A stretch of 64,000 nucleotides of DNA, from NCBI RefSeq assembly GCF_964213995.1, contig NW_027590077.1, positions 930,001-994,000 on the forward strand. The letters are read 5' to 3'. The notes under the pieces are model-generated. The model did not search any database and was not told where the DNA came from. It saw only the letters and a program-made list of their open reading frames with translations. The position numbers were made by a program, and so were the translations under genes. This stretch comes from Mustelus asterias (taxonomy: Eukaryota). Each line of letters begins with the position of its first letter. Within the stretch, counting starts at the first letter, position 1. This document shows, piece by piece, positions 62,251 through 64,000 of the stretch.

Positions 62251-62769
62251 ATTACACTGATTTGATATCAAACGGAAAAGAGAAAATAATTTGGAAAACA
62301 GAAATGGAGTGGGAAAGGAGAAAGAGTAATTGGGCAATTGGGCGAAATCAAGATGAGAGAACTTTAAGAAGCATAAGCACTGAGAAAGGGAGTTTGTAAG
62401 AGAGGGGATGATGCGAGGGAATCGAAAGCAGCGTCCAGTTTACAAATGAAAAATCGGTGTTTTAAGGAAAGTTTTTGAAATGTCCAACATCCTATAGATA
62501 AATTAAAATCAGAATATTCGAGTTTCTAACCTAATCCCAAAAGTTTATCTGTTTTGCTAAAATCCCAAATGAGATTTACAGCGAGAGAAAGCAGGTGTGA
62601 GCAGCTTGTTTCTTCACCAACCTGTGAGTAACATTATTAGGGGTGTAATTGTTTAACATCACTAAGCATCCACTTCAATATAAACAAACCGTTCATTTCT
62701 CTTTACTCCCTCAGTGTCCAGGAGGACAGTTCTTCTCCAATACCAGCACGGTTCCTGAAGCCACATCCA

Positions 62770-62839
62770 ATGCGTTGGACAGCAATTTCCCAGACAACAG
62801 CTGTGTACTATCCGATACTCGCAGCAGCTGGAGGAGCTG
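62770..62839 (+). CDS. GPR139-like class A GPCR, coding exon 1
   Basis: MRWTAISQTTAVYYPILAAAGGA + G|gtaagt phase-1 donor; YYPILAA.G begins TM1. Confidence 0.82.
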
Positions 62840-63696
62840 GTAAGTTATTTGATATCTTGAACTTTTGAACTTACTACTGTTTTATGTTCTGTACTGGCTA
62901 AATGTATTCCACTTGCCTTCAACTCTATGCGAAAAGTGGCGTTCTTGAATTGATTGCCAGCGTATCCATCTGATCTAGAATGCCTTATCCCTGTAGATTA
63001 TTTCTTATTGCGACATTTGTCCTTCTGCTGTTGACTCCCACACTGTGTTATAATTTTGATGTATGTTCCTTCCTTGCAATTTAGTAATAGGGGTTTCTTC
63101 TGAATTTTCTATTTTTCGAACTTCTACAACAACATTTTCTTATCTATTGCCAATTTCTTATCTCTGCCCAGCTTGATTTTAGTGATCTTTATTCTTTATG
63201 ATGCAGTGTAGTGTTTTCGTTCTGCTCTTTTTACTTCAGTTTCTTATCGTCTTTCCTGGGCCATTTATCCTGGTTGTTGTCTTCCTCCTGCTGCTTATAT
63301 GATTGTTGTTTTGTTCTCTGGTGTTTTGTTCATCATTGGTACTGTGTGCTTCCTCAATCCGTTCATCCTGGACATTGTCTCCTCTGCTGCACGGTTTCAT
63401 GCTCAATTTTGCATTACCAATTTACATAGATAAATATCCGCACGTAATGGATCACACACAGCTTCTCATCGATCAGATGAGAGACAACAATGTTTCCCAA
63501 CACCATGCACTAGATATTCAGAAAATAAATGTGGGTCACCAAGGAAGGGGATTTTAGTTTAGGCAAGATCAAATTATTCCAGCAGATGCTTTACTTGTGG
63601 TTTTGAACAGTTACTGAAATTCAGCATTATTATTGATATTCTTTCAGCATTTTCATCTCTTGGTTATATTACTGTTTTCTATTCTATGTCTCACAG

Positions 63697-64000
63697 TGAA
63701 TATCGTGACAATCGCAATCCTGTCTTTCAAAAATTGTGGCCTGTCCAAATGCATCACCCGTTATCTGGTGGCTATGGCGACAGCGGATCTCCTGGTCATT
63801 TTCTGTAATGTAATCTTACACCGCATTGCTGCATTGTATTGGCATAACACGTTCCTGTTCTGCACTCCCGTGTGCGGATTCAATCTATACATGTCCCCGG
63901 TTGCCATTGATATTTCTGTTTGGTTGACGGTCTGTTTCACCTTTGATCGCCTTGTGGCCATTTGCTGTCAGAAGCTGAAGATGAAGTACTGCACTGAGAA
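63697..64000 (+). CDS. GPR139-like class A GPCR, coding exon 2 (truncated by window end)
   Basis: cacag| then (V)NIVTIAILSFKNCGLSKCITRYLVAMATADLLVIFCNVILHRIAALYWHNTFLFCTPVCGFNLYMSPVAIDISVWLTVCFTFDRLVAICCQKLKMKYCTE: TM1 N, TM2 A.AD, TM3 C...DR; open to the window edge; missed by the ORF track. Confidence 0.92.

Noticed and set aside
63000-63420. Purine-rich minus-strand coding-like stretch in the GPCR intron
   Set aside because: Multiple stops and no recognisable motif; probably a decayed repeat.

Overview
Eukaryotic, repeat-dense genomic DNA, most likely from a cartilaginous fish (shark), inferred from V-SINE/HE1-type SINEs, abundant CR1 LINEs and a GPR139-like GPCR. There are three host genes. 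(i) The 5' part of an apparently intact minus-strand GP2/uromodulin-type D10C(D8C)-domain gene, with a putative signal exon at ~19.9 kb, D10C exons at 9-623, and running off the left edge. (ii) A tandem paralogue at 43.2-53.3 kb, pseudogenised by a GT>GA donor and an in-frame TGA; its recoverable exons give D10C + Ser/Thr/Pro stalk + a short C-terminal domain with no ZP domain seen. (iii) The start of a plus-strand two-exon GPR139-like GPCR running off the right edge. Intron 1 of gene (i) holds a nested stack: a CR1 LINE split by a two-LTR endogenous retrovirus (PBS-Pro, 4-bp TSD, env present, RT/RNase H deleted), itself hit by a palindromic Penelope insertion and a young CR1. Two near-identical fold-back Penelope (GIY-YIG) insertions carry minimal hammerhead ribozyme motifs, and one preserves a fold-back hairpin tip. 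Also present: a near-full-length CR1, a hAT MITE, Rex1/Babar, L2-like and Gypsy remnants, many SINEs, and 23-bp minisatellite arrays. Boundaries of old repeats are approximate; all calls were made by eye.
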